Shown one piece after another: positions 9,843 to 21,008 of a stretch of DNA of 64,000 nucleotides. Under the pieces are notes generated by a model. The model was not told the DNA's origin, did not search any database, and worked only from the letters and a program-made list of their open reading frames with translations. How positions within the stretch are numbered: position 1 is the stretch's first letter; every line of letters starts with the position of its first letter. The stretch is from contig CAVXEP010000022.1 of NCBI GenBank assembly GCA_963760795.1, positions 160,001 to 224,000 of the forward strand. Reading direction: 5' to 3'. This DNA is from an uncultured delta proteobacterium. GTDB lineage: Bacteria > Desulfobacterota > Binatia > UBA9968. The position numbers and the translations under genes are program-made.

Positions 9843-11063
9843 ATGAACCGTCGACATTTTAATAGAACTCTTCTCACCGCCGGCGCTGCCATATTCGCGC
9901 CGTTCAACATCGCCCGCGCGCAATTGAACAAACTCAAAATCGGCGTTCTGCTGCCAAAGTCCGGCCTGCAGGGACAGATCGGCCAATCTTGTCAGAAAGG
10001 CGCCGATCTCGCGCCGGGGGTTATTAAAGAGTTACTCGGCGTCGACATCGAGCTGCTCAACGCCGACACCGAAAGCAACGTCGACACCGCGCGCACGCGG
10101 GCGGAGAAATTGATTCAGGAAGGCGCCGACTGTTTGGTCGGGCCGTTCGACTCCGGCGCGGCTGGCGCCATCGCACAAGTCGCTGAGCAGCGCGGCGTAC
10201 CGTTTGTCATTAACATCGCCGCGGCGCCGCAGATCACCGAACAGGGCTACAAGTTCGTCTTTCGCAATTTCCCCATCGCGACAGAGTTGGTGAAAAACGG
10301 CCTGGCGCTCACCGATGAGCTTTTCAAGGCCACCGGCGCAACGCCGCGCACGGCGGTGTTCATGCATGTTAACGACACCTTCGGCCAAGCCAACGCCAAA
10401 GCGGTCGGCGCGCTCCTGCCGCAGCTAAATCTGCCGTTTAAGCTGGTCGATACCATCGCTTACGATCCGGCGGCGAAAGACTTGACTGTCGAAATCGCCA
10501 AGGCGAAAGCGACCAAAGCCGATTTCTTACTGCTGGTCTGCCGCTTGAACGACGCCATCGCGCTGCGCCGGGAGATCGTCAAACAGCGCTGGAACGTCAT
10601 GGGCATCGTCAGCCCCGGCTCTCCCGGCATGTACGAGAATCAGTTTTTTCAGACGCTCGGTAAATTATCCGAAGGCTGCATTTCCAACGTGCCCTGGTTC
10701 GACCCCAAAGCAGCGTTGACGAAATCCGTGGACAGCGCGTTCAGAAAACTAAATCCGAAAGACCAGCTGAAATTTCATGCGCTCAACGTCGGTTATACCT
10801 TTGAAGCCTTGCTGATCGCCGCCGACGCCTTCAAGCGCGCGAAGTCGACCGCCGCCCAGCCGCTCACCGAAGCGATTCGCCAGACTGAAATTACCAACCG
10901 CATGATGATCGGCGCGCCGATCAAGTTCAATGCCAAAGGCCAAGTCGAGGGCAACCTTTCGGCCTGCATTCAGAATCAGGGGCAGCAACCCGTGGTCGTG
11001 TTACCCGCGCCATCCGCTGAAGCCAAACCACTGTTTCCTTGGCGCGAGTACAAGCGCGCGTAG
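9843..11063 (+). CDS. Liv-type ABC substrate-binding protein with Tat signal
   Basis: MNRRHF twin-arginine-like leader, KIGVLLPKSG; followed by permease and ATPase genes. Confidence 0.88.
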   Translation: MNRRHFNRTLLTAGAAIFAPFNIARAQLNKLKIGVLLPKSGLQGQIGQSCQKGADLAPGVIKELLGVDIELLNADTESNVDTARTRAEKLIQEGADCLVGPFDSGAAGAIAQVAEQRGVPFVINIAAAPQITEQGYKFVFRNFPIATELVKNGLALTDELFKATGATPRTAVFMHVNDTFGQANAKAVGALLPQLNLPFKLVDTIAYDPAAKDLTVEIAKAKATKADFLLLVCRLNDAIALRREIVKQRWNVMGIVSPGSPGMYENQFFQTLGKLSEGCISNVPWFDPKAALTKSVDSAFRKLNPKDQLKFHALNVGYTFEALLIAADAFKRAKSTAAQPLTEAIRQTEITNRMMIGAPIKFNAKGQVEGNLSACIQNQGQQPVVVLPAPSAEAKPLFPWREYKRA

Positions 11064-11081
11064 CGCGCCCGACGGTCGCAT

Positions 11082-11159
11082 GTTCAAGATTCAAAGGTTC
11101 AACGCTCAACGTCAGATCCCAATCCGAGCCTTGGACCTTTGAACTTTTGAACCTTGAAC
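11082..11159. repeat. Family B palindromic repeat (GTTCAA/TTGAAC, 7-8 bp period)
   Basis: GTTCAAG-ATTCAAAG-GTTCAAC-GCTCAAC ... TTGGAC-CTTTGAAC-TTTTGAAC-CTTGAAC between SBP and permease. Confidence 0.8.
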
Positions 11160-11172
11160 GGAAGTTTTCACA

Positions 11173-12048
11173 ATGGCCCTCGACTTCGTGAACCTAGTCA
11201 ACGTCATGATCTCCGGCGTTTTGACGGGCCTCGTCTACGGCTTAATGGCGCTGGGCCTCTCGGTCATCTTCGGCGTCGCGCGCGTGGTCAACTTCGCCCA
11301 TGGCGAGATGATGACGCTCGCCATGTACGCCAGCGTGATTTTGTTCAGCGCCTTTGAGCTGAATCCATTCATAGCCGTTCTTCCCGTCGCCGCGATCTTC
11401 TTTGTCTTGGGCTACGGCTTGCAACGCTGGATCGTCAATCCCTTCGTCACCCGTCCCGAGCACATGCAATTCATGCTGCTGCTCTCAATCGCCATCATTC
11501 TGACCAACGGCCAATTGATATTCTTCGGCCCCGACGCGCGCAGCGTGCGGCTCGACAGTTTGCTTGAATCCATCGAACTCGGCTCGCTCTTGATCGACCG
11601 CGGCAAACTCTACGCCGCGCTGGTCGCTCTCGGCACTGCAGCCGCGCTGTTCAGCTTCTTCCGCTTCACTCGCAGCGGCACGGCGATCCGCGCTTGCGCC
11701 GACAACTGGCTCGGCGCCAAGGTCGTCGGCTTGAACGTCAAGCAGCTCTACGCTTTGGCGTTCGGCTTAGGCTCTGTCTGTGTCGCCGTCGCCGGCTGTA
11801 TGATGATCTTGCTCGTCGACCTGACGCCGAGCATCGGCCCCGGCTATACGCTGCTCGCCTTCGTCATCGTCATTGTCGGCGGACTCGGTTCGATGAACGG
11901 CGCGCTGGTCGGCGGCGTACTCATCGGTCTATCGGAAGCACTGGCCGGACTTTTCATCCTGCCCTCGGCGAAATCCATGTTTAGCTTCGCGTTGCTGATC
12001 GTCGTGCTGCTGCTGCGCCCGCGTGGTCTGCTAGGCGGCCGGCGGTGA
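11173..12048 (+). CDS. branched-chain amino acid-type ABC permease (LivH-like)
   Basis: ALGLSVIFGVARVVNFAHGE, GGLGS, RPRGLLG. Confidence 0.92.
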   Translation: MALDFVNLVNVMISGVLTGLVYGLMALGLSVIFGVARVVNFAHGEMMTLAMYASVILFSAFELNPFIAVLPVAAIFFVLGYGLQRWIVNPFVTRPEHMQFMLLLSIAIILTNGQLIFFGPDARSVRLDSLLESIELGSLLIDRGKLYAALVALGTAAALFSFFRFTRSGTAIRACADNWLGAKVVGLNVKQLYALAFGLGSVCVAVAGCMMILLVDLTPSIGPGYTLLAFVIVIVGGLGSMNGALVGGVLIGLSEALAGLFILPSAKSMFSFALLIVVLLLRPRGLLGGRR

Positions 12049-13013
12049 ACCGTCGCGCCGTCAGCTTACTGTCGACACTGGCTGCGGCACTGATCGCCCT
12101 GCCGGCTCTTGCCAACGACTATTTTATTTCCATCGCCACACTTTTTTTGTTCTTCGCCTACACGGGCCAAGCTTGGAACATCATGATGGGCTTCGCCGGA
12201 CAACTCTCCCTCGGCCACGCCTTGTATCTCGGTGTCGGCGGCTACAGCGCCGGCGCTCTCTATTTTCACTATGGCATCGGTCCCTGGGTGGGCGTGGGGC
12301 TGGCAATCATCGTTTGCATCGCGCTCGGCGCGTTTCTCGGCGCCCTGGCCTTTCGCTACGGCATCTCCGGCGTTTACTTCACGCTTTTAACCATCGCCTT
12401 CGCCGAGTTCGCGCGCATCGGCTTCGATCACCTCTCCTGGACCGGCGGTTCGGCCGGACTATTTCTCAAAGTCGCCCAGCGCGACCGCATCGATCTGGTC
12501 AATCTGCGCGGCCCCCCGGCGTTGTACTACTACGCGATCCTAGCTCTCACCGCGCTGGCCTTCGGATTCTCGGCGTGGTTATTGCGCCGCCGGCCCGGCT
12601 ACTACTGGCAAGCGATTCGCGAAAACGAGGAAGCCGCGCGCGCTCTTGGCATCAATACCCTTCGCTGGAAAATACTCGCCGTTGTTATCAGCGCCGCTAT
12701 GACTGGGGTGGCGGGCGTGTTTCTTGCGTTCTATTACAACAATCTTTTTCCCGAGCAGATTTTTAACATCAGCCGCTCCGTCGAAATCATCCTGGGGCCC
12801 ATCGTCGGCGGCATGGGCACGCTGTTCGGCCCGATCATTGGGGCAGCGCTAATGACGCTTGCTCACCGACGGCGCCACCGAATTGGTCGCTGCCCTCGGC
12901 TGGGATATCCCCGGCGTCAAACAACTCGTCTACGGGGTAATTTTATTGGTCGTCGTCGTTTATCTACCCGACGGCATCTGGCCGGCGATCGCGCGCAAGT
13001 TGAAACTGGAGCG

Positions 13014-13017
<4 letters not shown>
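12045..13017 (+). CDS. ABC permease (LivM-like), frameshift near 12860
   Basis: GQLSLGHA, AIRENEEAA; the corrected frame gives LLTDGATELV...VVYLPDGIWP...KLER* ending at TGA 13017, overlapping the next ATG. Confidence 0.85.
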
Positions 13018-13735
<718 letters not shown>

Positions 13736-13739
<4 letters not shown>

Positions 13740-14451
13740 GCGCCTTACTCGAAGTCACCGATCTCGCCCTGAGCTATGGCGGCGCCGCAGCGCTTAACGG
13801 CGTCTCGCTGGAAATCCACAAAGGCGAGATGGTCGCTCTGATCGGCGCCAACGGCGCCGGCAAATCTTCGTTCATTCGCGCCATCGCGGGTATCGAGCGG
13901 CCGATCACCGGCAGGATTGTTTTTGCCGGCCGCGACATCGCCGCGCTCGAGTCTCACCAGATATGCAATCTCGGCATCGGCCAGGTCGCCGAGGGGCGCC
14001 AGCTGTTTGCCAGCATTGACCGTTCTGGAAAATTTGCAACTGGGCGCGATGCTGCAACGCGCACGTGGGCAAACGAAACAATCGCTGAACAAGGTTTTCG
14101 CGACTTCTTCCCCGTCTGGCTGAAAGACGGAAGCAACTCGCCGGCACGTTATCGGGCGGCGAACAACAGATGCTCGCCATCGGCCGTTGCCTGATGGGCT
14201 GCCCGGAACTCATCATGCTCGACGAGCCATCCCTCGGCCTGGCGCCCAACCTCGTGCAAGAAACGCTGCTCGCCATTCGCCAGTTGAATCACAACGGCCT
14301 GACGGTGCTTCTGGTCGAACAGAACGTCGCCGCGTCTTTAAAGATTTGCCGACGCGGTTATGTGCTGGAGAACGGCCGCATCGTCATGACCGGCAGCGGG
14401 GATGAACTTCTGAACGACGATGGCGTACGCCAGGCGTATCTCGGATTATAG
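13736..14451 (+). CDS. ABC ATP-binding protein (LivF-like), two frameshifts (~14012, ~14105)
   Basis: [14 protein letters not shown] / LTVLENL / [23 protein letters not shown] spread over three frames. Confidence 0.85.
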
Positions 14452-14467
14452 AACAATCCCGACTGCC

Positions 14468-14523
14468 GTTAAACGTTCACAGTGAATCTCCTGACCTGAA
14501 CCTTGAACCCTTGAACCTTGAAC
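14468..14523. repeat. Family B repeat, degenerate
   Basis: CCTGAAC-CTTGAAC-CCTTGAAC-CTTGAAC right arm with an eroded left arm. Confidence 0.65.
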
Positions 14524-14626
14524 AGCGGGCACTTCGTGCCCCATAGCCCTTGCCACAAAGAGATTTCCCAGATAACAAAGGAGATCGAAAAATAAACGGC
14601 ACGGGTATTTTCAGGAGGATAACGCC

Positions 14627-16396
14627 ATGGCAGATACCAACATCAAAAAATCCGGCGAACGTTGGCAGTCCGACATCATCGTCGATCTGATCAAACAATT
14701 CGACTTCCCTTATATCGCGCTCAATCCCGGCGCCAGTTACCGCGGTCTGCATGACTCGCTGGTCAACTACGGCGAGAACAAACCGGAAATGCTCCTGTGC
14801 AACCATGAGAAGATCGCCGTGCAGATCGCCCATGGCTACGCCAAGGCCACCGGCAAGCCGATGATCGCGATTGTCCATAACGTCGTCGGTCTGTTGCATG
14901 CGCCCATGGGTATTTACTACGCCTACATCGACCGCTCGCCGGTATTTATCATCGGCGCCACCGGTCCCATGGACGAGAAGCTGCGCCGGCCGTTCATCGA
15001 TTGGATTCACACCGCCTTCGCCCAGGGCGATGTCGTGCGCGGATTTACTAAATGGGATTACCAGCCCGGCAGCATTCACGGCGTCCCCGATTCCTTCGCG
15101 CGCGCCTACTCGATCATGATGAGCGAGCCCCAAGGCCCGGTCTACATGGTCTACGACTCGGCGATGCAGGAAGCCAAGCTGACCGAAGATGTGCCGGTGC
15201 CGAATTTTCACATCAAAGTACCGTCCCGCGTCGCGCCCGAACAGGTGGTCATCGACCAAGCCGCCGACATGCTGGTGGCGGCGAATAATCCGTTGCTGTT
15301 AACTGAATACGCCGCGCGCATGCCGACGGGGTATCAATCGACGGTGGAACTCGCCGAAACCGTCGGCGCCTCGGTTTACGACATCAACAAACGTTTGGGC
15401 TTTCCCAACAAACATCCGCTGAGCGTCAGTTTCCACAACGACGCTTTCAATGGCGTCGACCTGGTCACCGCTCTCGACGTCGTCGACTGGACCCGCGGCT
15501 CGCACAAATTGAATACCCAGACCCGCGAAATCCAGGTGATGACCACGGGGGACTGCAAATGGATCGATATCGGCTTCGCCGACATCGAAATCAGCAAGTG
15601 GGCCACCGACTACAACAAGCATCACAACTGGGATCATCGCGTGCTGGGCGACAGCGCGTTGTCGATTCCGGCGCTCACCGCGGCCTGTAAGAAACGCATC
15701 GACGGCAACAAAGCACTCACCAGCCGCATCGCCGAGCGCAAGAAAGCCATCGGCGAACGCCACGATCGCCAGTGGCAAAAGTGGCAGGACCAAGTCAAAG
15801 AACAATGGAACGAGCGGCCCATGACCGAAGCGCGCCTGGCCCATGAAGCCTGGCAGGTGATCAAAGACGAAGACTGGGTGCTGACCGCCAATACTTTAAA
15901 AGAATGGGTGCACAAGGTTTGGGATTTCGACAAACCCTATCGCCACCTCGGCCGCGAATTGGGCACTGGCACGCAGATCGGTATGTCGATCGGCGCCGCA
16001 CTGGCTTACAAAGGCACGGGAAAACTAGTCGTCGACGTTCAGCCCGACGGCGATTTGATGTTCGACCTGGGCGCCCTGTGGATGCCGATTAAGTACAGCA
16101 TCCCGATGCTGATCTTGATGTACAACAACCGCGCCTACTACAACGACTGGGCGCATCAAATTCATATGGCGCACCAACGCGGCACCGATCCACAGCGCGC
16201 CTACATCGGCATGGACCTCGAAGGACCGCCCCCCGATTTCGCCCATATCGCCAAGGGCATCGGTTGGTATTCAGAAGGCGTCATCGAAGATCCCGCCGAG
16301 GTCGGCCCGGCACTGAAACGCGCCATCGCGCAAGTCAAAGCCGGCAAACCCGCGCTAGTCGACGCCGTCGTCTGGCGCCGCGGCGAGAATGCCTAG
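14627..16396 (+). CDS. ThDP-dependent enzyme (acetolactate synthase/benzoylformate decarboxylase-like), paralog 1
   Basis: NPGASYRGLHDS, catalytic Glu in HEKIA, ThDP motif PDGD...NN. Confidence 0.88.
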   Translation: MADTNIKKSGERWQSDIIVDLIKQFDFPYIALNPGASYRGLHDSLVNYGENKPEMLLCNHEKIAVQIAHGYAKATGKPMIAIVHNVVGLLHAPMGIYYAYIDRSPVFIIGATGPMDEKLRRPFIDWIHTAFAQGDVVRGFTKWDYQPGSIHGVPDSFARAYSIMMSEPQGPVYMVYDSAMQEAKLTEDVPVPNFHIKVPSRVAPEQVVIDQAADMLVAANNPLLLTEYAARMPTGYQSTVELAETVGASVYDINKRLGFPNKHPLSVSFHNDAFNGVDLVTALDVVDWTRGSHKLNTQTREIQVMTTGDCKWIDIGFADIEISKWATDYNKHHNWDHRVLGDSALSIPALTAACKKRIDGNKALTSRIAERKKAIGERHDRQWQKWQDQVKEQWNERPMTEARLAHEAWQVIKDEDWVLTANTLKEWVHKVWDFDKPYRHLGRELGTGTQIGMSIGAALAYKGTGKLVVDVQPDGDLMFDLGALWMPIKYSIPMLILMYNNRAYYNDWAHQIHMAHQRGTDPQRAYIGMDLEGPPPDFAHIAKGIGWYSEGVIEDPAEVGPALKRAIAQVKAGKPALVDAVVWRRGENA

Positions 16397-16408
16397 AAGA
16401 AACGATTT

Positions 16409-16536
16409 CACCACAAAGAGCACAAAGGTCACATAGAAAAATATTCGGACTCGGAAATTTAGCCACGAGGAGCGCAAAACATTTCTAGGGCCGGTTTAAA
16501 ACCGGCCTACTTTGTGATCTTTGTGCCCTTTGTGGT
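16409..16536. repeat. Composite repeat: Family A variant (CACAAAG) enclosing a GTAG-type REP
   Basis: CACCACAAAGAGCACAAAGGTCAC ... AGGGCCGGTTTAAAACCGGCCTAC ... TTTGTGATCTTTGTGCCCTTTGTGGT. Confidence 0.75.
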
Positions 16537-16568
16537 TAATGAATTTATTCTTTAAGGAGGATATCTGC

Positions 16569-18341
16569 ATGGCAGATTCAACAATCAAGAAATCCGAAAA
16601 ACGTTGGCAGTCCGACGTGATCGTCGACATGATCAAGAAGTATAATTTCGAGTACATCGCGCTCAACCCCGGCGCGAGCTACCGCGGCTTGCACGACTCG
16701 CTGGTCAACTATGGCGAGAACGATCCGCCGATGCTGACCTGCCAGCATGAAAAGATCGCCGTCCAGATCGCCCATGGCTACGCCCGCGCCAAGGGCAAGC
16801 CGATGATCGCCATCGTGCACAACTTGGTCGGCCTGCTGCACGCGCCCATGGGCATCTATTACGCTTATCTGGACCGCGCGCCGGTGTTTATCATGGGCGC
16901 CACCGGGCCGCTTGCCGAACCCAAGCGCCGGCCGTTCATCGACTGGATTCACACTGCCAACGTTCAGGGCGAAGCGATTCGTAACTTCGTTAAATGGGAC
17001 TATCAGCCATCCACCGTCGACGGTGTGCCGGGTGCCTTCGCGCGCGCCTATTCGATCATGATGAGCGCGCGCCAGGGACCGATCTATATGTGCTACGACG
17101 CCGGCCTGCAGGAAGCGGAACTCGACCATGATGTCGAAATGCCAATGGCCGGTGCCGTTGAAATGCCCACGCCGCCGGCGGCCGATCCCATCGCCCTCGC
17201 TAAGGCCGCCGACACTCTCGCTGGCGCCACCCGAGTTGCCATCATCGCCGACTTTGCCGCGCGCCCACCGCATGGCTGGAACCATGTGGTCGAACTCGCT
17301 GAAACTCTCGGCGCATCGGTATGGGATGTCGGCTCTCGGTTGAATTTCCCCAGCGATCATCCGTTGAATCTTACCTCTGACTTCGATGGCTGTTACGACG
17401 GCGTCGATGTCGTGCTCACTCTCGACATCGCCGACTTCGAAAAGCCGACCCATGTGCGCGACATCGCGACCCGCACGGTGGTCAGTAAAGTGCCGGCGGG
17501 CGCCACCTGGATCGATATCGGTTTTACCGATATCGAAACCAGTAAATGGTCCATGGACTACGCGCGACCCTACTACGCCCAACAACGTATGATCGCCGAC
17601 GTCGTCAGCGCCGCGCCGGCGCTGACCAAGCTCTTGAAAGAACGCATCGCCAAAACCCCAGGGCTGCGGGAAAAGATCGCCACGCGCGCCGCAGCGATCG
17701 GCAAACGCCACGCCGAGACCCGCGCCAAATGGGCCAAGCAAGCCCAGGAACACTGGGATCAAAAACCGATGACCGTGCCGCGCCTGGCCAGCGAAGTATG
17801 GGAAGCGATCAAAGGCGAGGACTGGGTGCTCACCGCCGGCGATCTTGGGTCATGGGGCAAGAAGCTATGGAACTTTGACCGGCCCTATTGCCATGGCGGT
17901 CGGGAACTAGGCACGGGAACCCAAATCGGCCTGTCGCTTGGTGTCGCACTTGCGAATAAAGGCACCGGCCGTCTGGTCGTCGACCTACAACCGGACGGTG
18001 ATTTGATGTTCGACGCCGGCGCGCTTTGGGTCGCCGCCAAGTATAAAATTCCTATGCTAGTCGTGATGTTCAACAACCGCGCCTATTACAACGACTGGAA
18101 CCATCAGCTGGTCTTGGCGCGCACCCGCGGCACCGATCCCAACCGTGCCTATCTCGGTATGGATCTCTACGGCCCCGATCCCGACTTCGCTGGCTTGGCG
18201 AAATCCATGGGCTGGTACGCCGAAGGCCCAATCGAAAACCCCGACGATCTCAAAGGTGCCCTTAAACGCGCCATCGAGCAGGTCAAGCAAGGCAAGCCCG
18301 CATTGATCGATGCGATTTGCGACCGTAGAAATCACGGTTAA
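16569..18341 (+). CDS. ThDP-dependent enzyme, paralog 2
   Basis: Same motifs and long identical blocks with the upstream paralog; AAGGAGG RBS. Confidence 0.88.
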   Translation: MADSTIKKSEKRWQSDVIVDMIKKYNFEYIALNPGASYRGLHDSLVNYGENDPPMLTCQHEKIAVQIAHGYARAKGKPMIAIVHNLVGLLHAPMGIYYAYLDRAPVFIMGATGPLAEPKRRPFIDWIHTANVQGEAIRNFVKWDYQPSTVDGVPGAFARAYSIMMSARQGPIYMCYDAGLQEAELDHDVEMPMAGAVEMPTPPAADPIALAKAADTLAGATRVAIIADFAARPPHGWNHVVELAETLGASVWDVGSRLNFPSDHPLNLTSDFDGCYDGVDVVLTLDIADFEKPTHVRDIATRTVVSKVPAGATWIDIGFTDIETSKWSMDYARPYYAQQRMIADVVSAAPALTKLLKERIAKTPGLREKIATRAAAIGKRHAETRAKWAKQAQEHWDQKPMTVPRLASEVWEAIKGEDWVLTAGDLGSWGKKLWNFDRPYCHGGRELGTGTQIGLSLGVALANKGTGRLVVDLQPDGDLMFDAGALWVAAKYKIPMLVVMFNNRAYYNDWNHQLVLARTRGTDPNRAYLGMDLYGPDPDFAGLAKSMGWYAEGPIENPDDLKGALKRAIEQVKQGKPALIDAICDRRNHG

Positions 18342-18349
18342 TTGCCGCG

Positions 18350-18386
18350 AACATCCCCGCGTCCGCCAAGGGCACGGGGATGTTTT
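18350..18386 (+). terminator. rho-independent terminator
   Basis: AACATCCCCG...CGGGGATGTT stem ending in a T-run after the ThDP genes. Confidence 0.65.
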
Positions 18387-18491
18387 CGCATCTCTGGTAA
18401 AACCGTCCCGTAAGGCGCATAGTGCGGCTATTGCTTCGCTAATCTGGCGATTTAGCGAGGGATCCGCGCCATTCAGAAAGCAGACGCAACC

Positions 18492-18520
18492 TTGACAGAG
18501 CGCTCTTTCGTCCTTAACTT
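18492..18520 (+). promoter_or_regulatory. putative sigma-70 promoter
   Basis: TTGACA-N17-TAACTT upstream of the sigma factor gene. Confidence 0.45.
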
Positions 18521-18551
18521 GCGGACTATATAATACGTGAAATTTTTAGAG

Positions 18552-18564
18552 CAAATAATTGATA
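18552..18564 (-). promoter_or_regulatory. putative IHF site
   Basis: Minus strand TATCAA-TTAT-TTG matches WATCAR-N4-TTR within an AT-rich tract. Confidence 0.5.
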
Positions 18565-18650
18565 TCACTGATATTTAAACGCATCTATCATAAACGTTAG
18601 GGACCAATCGGGACAACTAATTCGCCAACACTGCGAACGTATCGGCCACT

Positions 18651-18666
18651 TGGCGCGTCTAATGCA
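18651..18666 (+). promoter_or_regulatory. putative sigma-54 promoter
   Basis: TGGCGCGTCTAATGCA (GG-N10-GC), about 74 nt upstream of the start. Confidence 0.6.
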
Positions 18667-18739
18667 TAATCATTGAATAGTTAAACGTGGATTCTGCGGA
18701 ACTCACAAGGCCGATTCAGGGTTATCCAAGGAGAACACT

Positions 18740-20269
18740 GTGGCAAGCGAATTCGACATCGATAAGCCAATGGATGAGAACTTCGAAGAGAAGGAAATTT
18801 CCGATCTTGCCCCGGCTGATTCGGAAATGAACTTTAGCTCGATCAACGAAACCGGCGCGGAACCGGAGCCCGAGGTTAAGGAGTCTGACTTCGCCATGAG
18901 CTCGGTACAGCAGTACCTACGCGATATTGGCGCAGTGCCCCTGCTCAGCCGCGAGCGTGAGATTGAACTGGCCATGCGCATCGAGGCGGGCCAGAACGAG
19001 ATTCTGCGAGCGCTGTTCTCCGCGCCTTCCGCCCTGCGTTATGTCATCCAACTCGGCCGCAAGGTTGCCGACGGCGAGCTGGAAATCAACGAAGTCTTAG
19101 AAAAGCCCGACGATCACGACAAAGAAGCCAGTAACGGACAGGATCCCAAGGTTTTTCTGCAATCCGTCGCCAAGCTGCGCCGTTTGGGCCAGAACCAAGA
19201 TGACCTTCACCGCGCACTTGGATACAAACGCATTGCCAAGGAACGCTATGAGTCTTTGAGCGAAAAAGAAACCGCTCTGACCGCGAAGATCTGCGCGTTG
19301 ATCCAAGACCTCCATCTCGCGGCGCACCACGTCGACGCCTGGATTGTCCGGCTCAAGCGCGCCGCTAACCGAGTCGAAGAATTGGAGCAACAAAAATCGC
19401 GGGCCACCCGAACGCAAAAAAACCACATTGCCGCGGAAATCGAAGCCATCGAGGAATCCGTCGGCCGCGACGTTACGGTGATCAAGCGGCTCGGGCGCGA
19501 ACTCGTGCATGGCGAACATGCCGTGCAGCTCGCCCGTAAGGAATTTACCGAGGCCAACCTGCGGTTGGTCGTGAGCATTGCCAAGAAATACATGAACCGC
19601 GGACTGGCGTTTCTCGATCTCATTCAGGAAGGCAATCTCGGCCTAATGCGCGCGGTGGACAAGTTCGACTACCGGCTCGGTTTTCGCTTTTCGACCTACG
19701 CCAGTTGGTGGATTCGCCAAGCGATCACCCGCGGCTTGATCGACACCGGCCACACCATTCGCGTGCCGGTGCATCGCGTCGAATCGCGCAACAAGGTGAT
19801 GCAGACGGCCCGCGAGATGCAACGCCGGCTCGGCCGAGAACCCTCGCCCGAAGAACTGGCGCAAGAACTGGGAATTTCGGTGCAAGAGATGCTCAACTCG
19901 GTGCAGAGCCACGGCGAACCGGTATCATTGCACACACCGGTTTGGGAAGACGGCGATGAGCTCGGCGATTTCGTCGAGGATCGCATCGGCCCGCAACCGG
20001 AAAGCCAAGCGTTGGAAAGCACCCTCTGCACCGAAGTTCGCAAGGCGCTGTCCGTGCTCACGCCGCGCCAGGAAGCGGTGCTGCGCATGCGCTTCGGCAT
20101 CGAGCTCAAGCGCGACTACACCCTCGAGGAACTAGGGCAAAAGTTTTCCGTGACCCGCGAGCGCATCCGCCAAATCGAACAAAAGTCGCTGCAAATTCTG
20201 CGCAACCCCAACCGGCGCAAACCGCAAACAGCGGTGATCAAGGACTCGCCGGCGACCCAACTCAATTAG
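18740..20269 (+). CDS. RpoD-like sigma-70 factor paralog lacking region 1.1
   Basis: Region 1.2 [14 protein letters not shown], region 2 [37 protein letters not shown], region 4.2 TRERIRQIE; short acidic N-terminus; no dnaG context. Confidence 0.9.
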   Translation: MASEFDIDKPMDENFEEKEISDLAPADSEMNFSSINETGAEPEPEVKESDFAMSSVQQYLRDIGAVPLLSREREIELAMRIEAGQNEILRALFSAPSALRYVIQLGRKVADGELEINEVLEKPDDHDKEASNGQDPKVFLQSVAKLRRLGQNQDDLHRALGYKRIAKERYESLSEKETALTAKICALIQDLHLAAHHVDAWIVRLKRAANRVEELEQQKSRATRTQKNHIAAEIEAIEESVGRDVTVIKRLGRELVHGEHAVQLARKEFTEANLRLVVSIAKKYMNRGLAFLDLIQEGNLGLMRAVDKFDYRLGFRFSTYASWWIRQAITRGLIDTGHTIRVPVHRVESRNKVMQTAREMQRRLGREPSPEELAQELGISVQEMLNSVQSHGEPVSLHTPVWEDGDELGDFVEDRIGPQPESQALESTLCTEVRKALSVLTPRQEAVLRMRFGIELKRDYTLEELGQKFSVTRERIRQIEQKSLQILRNPNRRKPQTAVIKDSPATQLN

Positions 20270-20287
20270 CAGCACCCGTCGGTCGTT

Positions 20288-20348
20288 CACGGTTCAACGT
20301 CCAGATTCGCCAAATGATAAGCAGCGACTCTTAGGACGTTGAACCGTG
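20288..20348. repeat. Family B-related 15-bp inverted repeat between convergent genes
   Basis: CACGGTTCAACGTCC ... GGACGTTGAACCGTG. Confidence 0.65.
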
Positions 20349-20396
20349 TTTTTGTCGCGTCGAAGTTCGCCGCAAGCCAAACAGACCAGCTGTAGT

Positions 20397-20837
20397 TTAT
20401 TTCGCAAGCGGTGCGGCCGGAATCGGCGTCGGATTGCCCGGCGTGAGCGGAATTTGCTCCACAAGGCTAACCTTATTGACAAAATGACGTGTCTCACCGA
20501 AGCAAGTGGTCGGCAGGCCAATTTTCTCTTCGTAGTGCAGCGATACCCGCTGGCCGATCAGCTTGTTGATGGCGTCAGCGACGCTGTCGTCGCGCACCGT
20601 GAAGATAAATTTCTCCGGTGTGGTGCCTGGCATGGACACCATCGACAACTCGCCCTCCCAGGTTTTGCAAACCCAGCCTTTTTTCGACAGCTTCTGCACC
20701 CAGCCGGCGCGTTCGCCGACGGAAAAATTCCAACTTAGAAACAGCCAAAGATATCCCGCGGTCAAGCCCGAAAGCACGACTATCACGATCAATAGTATGG
20801 TAATGATCCCGCCAGCTTGTTCATTCCTACGCATCAT
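20397..20837 (-). CDS. membrane-anchored hypothetical protein
   Basis: N-terminal TM helix, then SVGERAGWVQKLSKKGWVCKTWEGEL and CFGET. Confidence 0.75.
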   Translation of the reverse strand: MMRRNEQAGGIITILLIVIVVLSGLTAGYLWLFLSWNFSVGERAGWVQKLSKKGWVCKTWEGELSMVSMPGTTPEKFIFTVRDDSVADAINKLIGQRVSLHYEEKIGLPTTCFGETRHFVNKVSLVEQIPLTPGNPTPIPAAPLAK

Positions 20838-20946
20838 CGATCCTAGTGAGCCAAGCACCACACCGGTAACCTGATGGGGCTCTTGCGAAATATTTTGAAC
20901 GATGGACTAGTTGGGCGATGGTCGTGAGAGAAGCTATACAAATCAA

Positions 20947-20986
20947 TCGGCGAGCTAAGCCGATACCAACCGGCTTAGCTCGCCGA
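20947..20986. terminator. 16-bp hairpin downstream of the bicupin gene
   Basis: TCGGCGAGCTAAGCCG-N8-CGGCTTAGCTCGCCGA. Confidence 0.55.
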
Positions 20987-21008
20987 GAACATGAATCGAA
21001 GAAATTAT

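Noticed and set aside
18740-20269. Naming the sigma factor rpoD or rpoS
   Set aside because: It lacks region 1.1 and both dnaG and nlpD context; orthology cannot be established
20953-20968. GG-N10-GC (TGGTATCGGCTTAGCT, minus strand) as a sigma-54 promoter
   Set aside because: It lies inside a terminator-like hairpin, has a weak -12 element and is about 115 nt from the start
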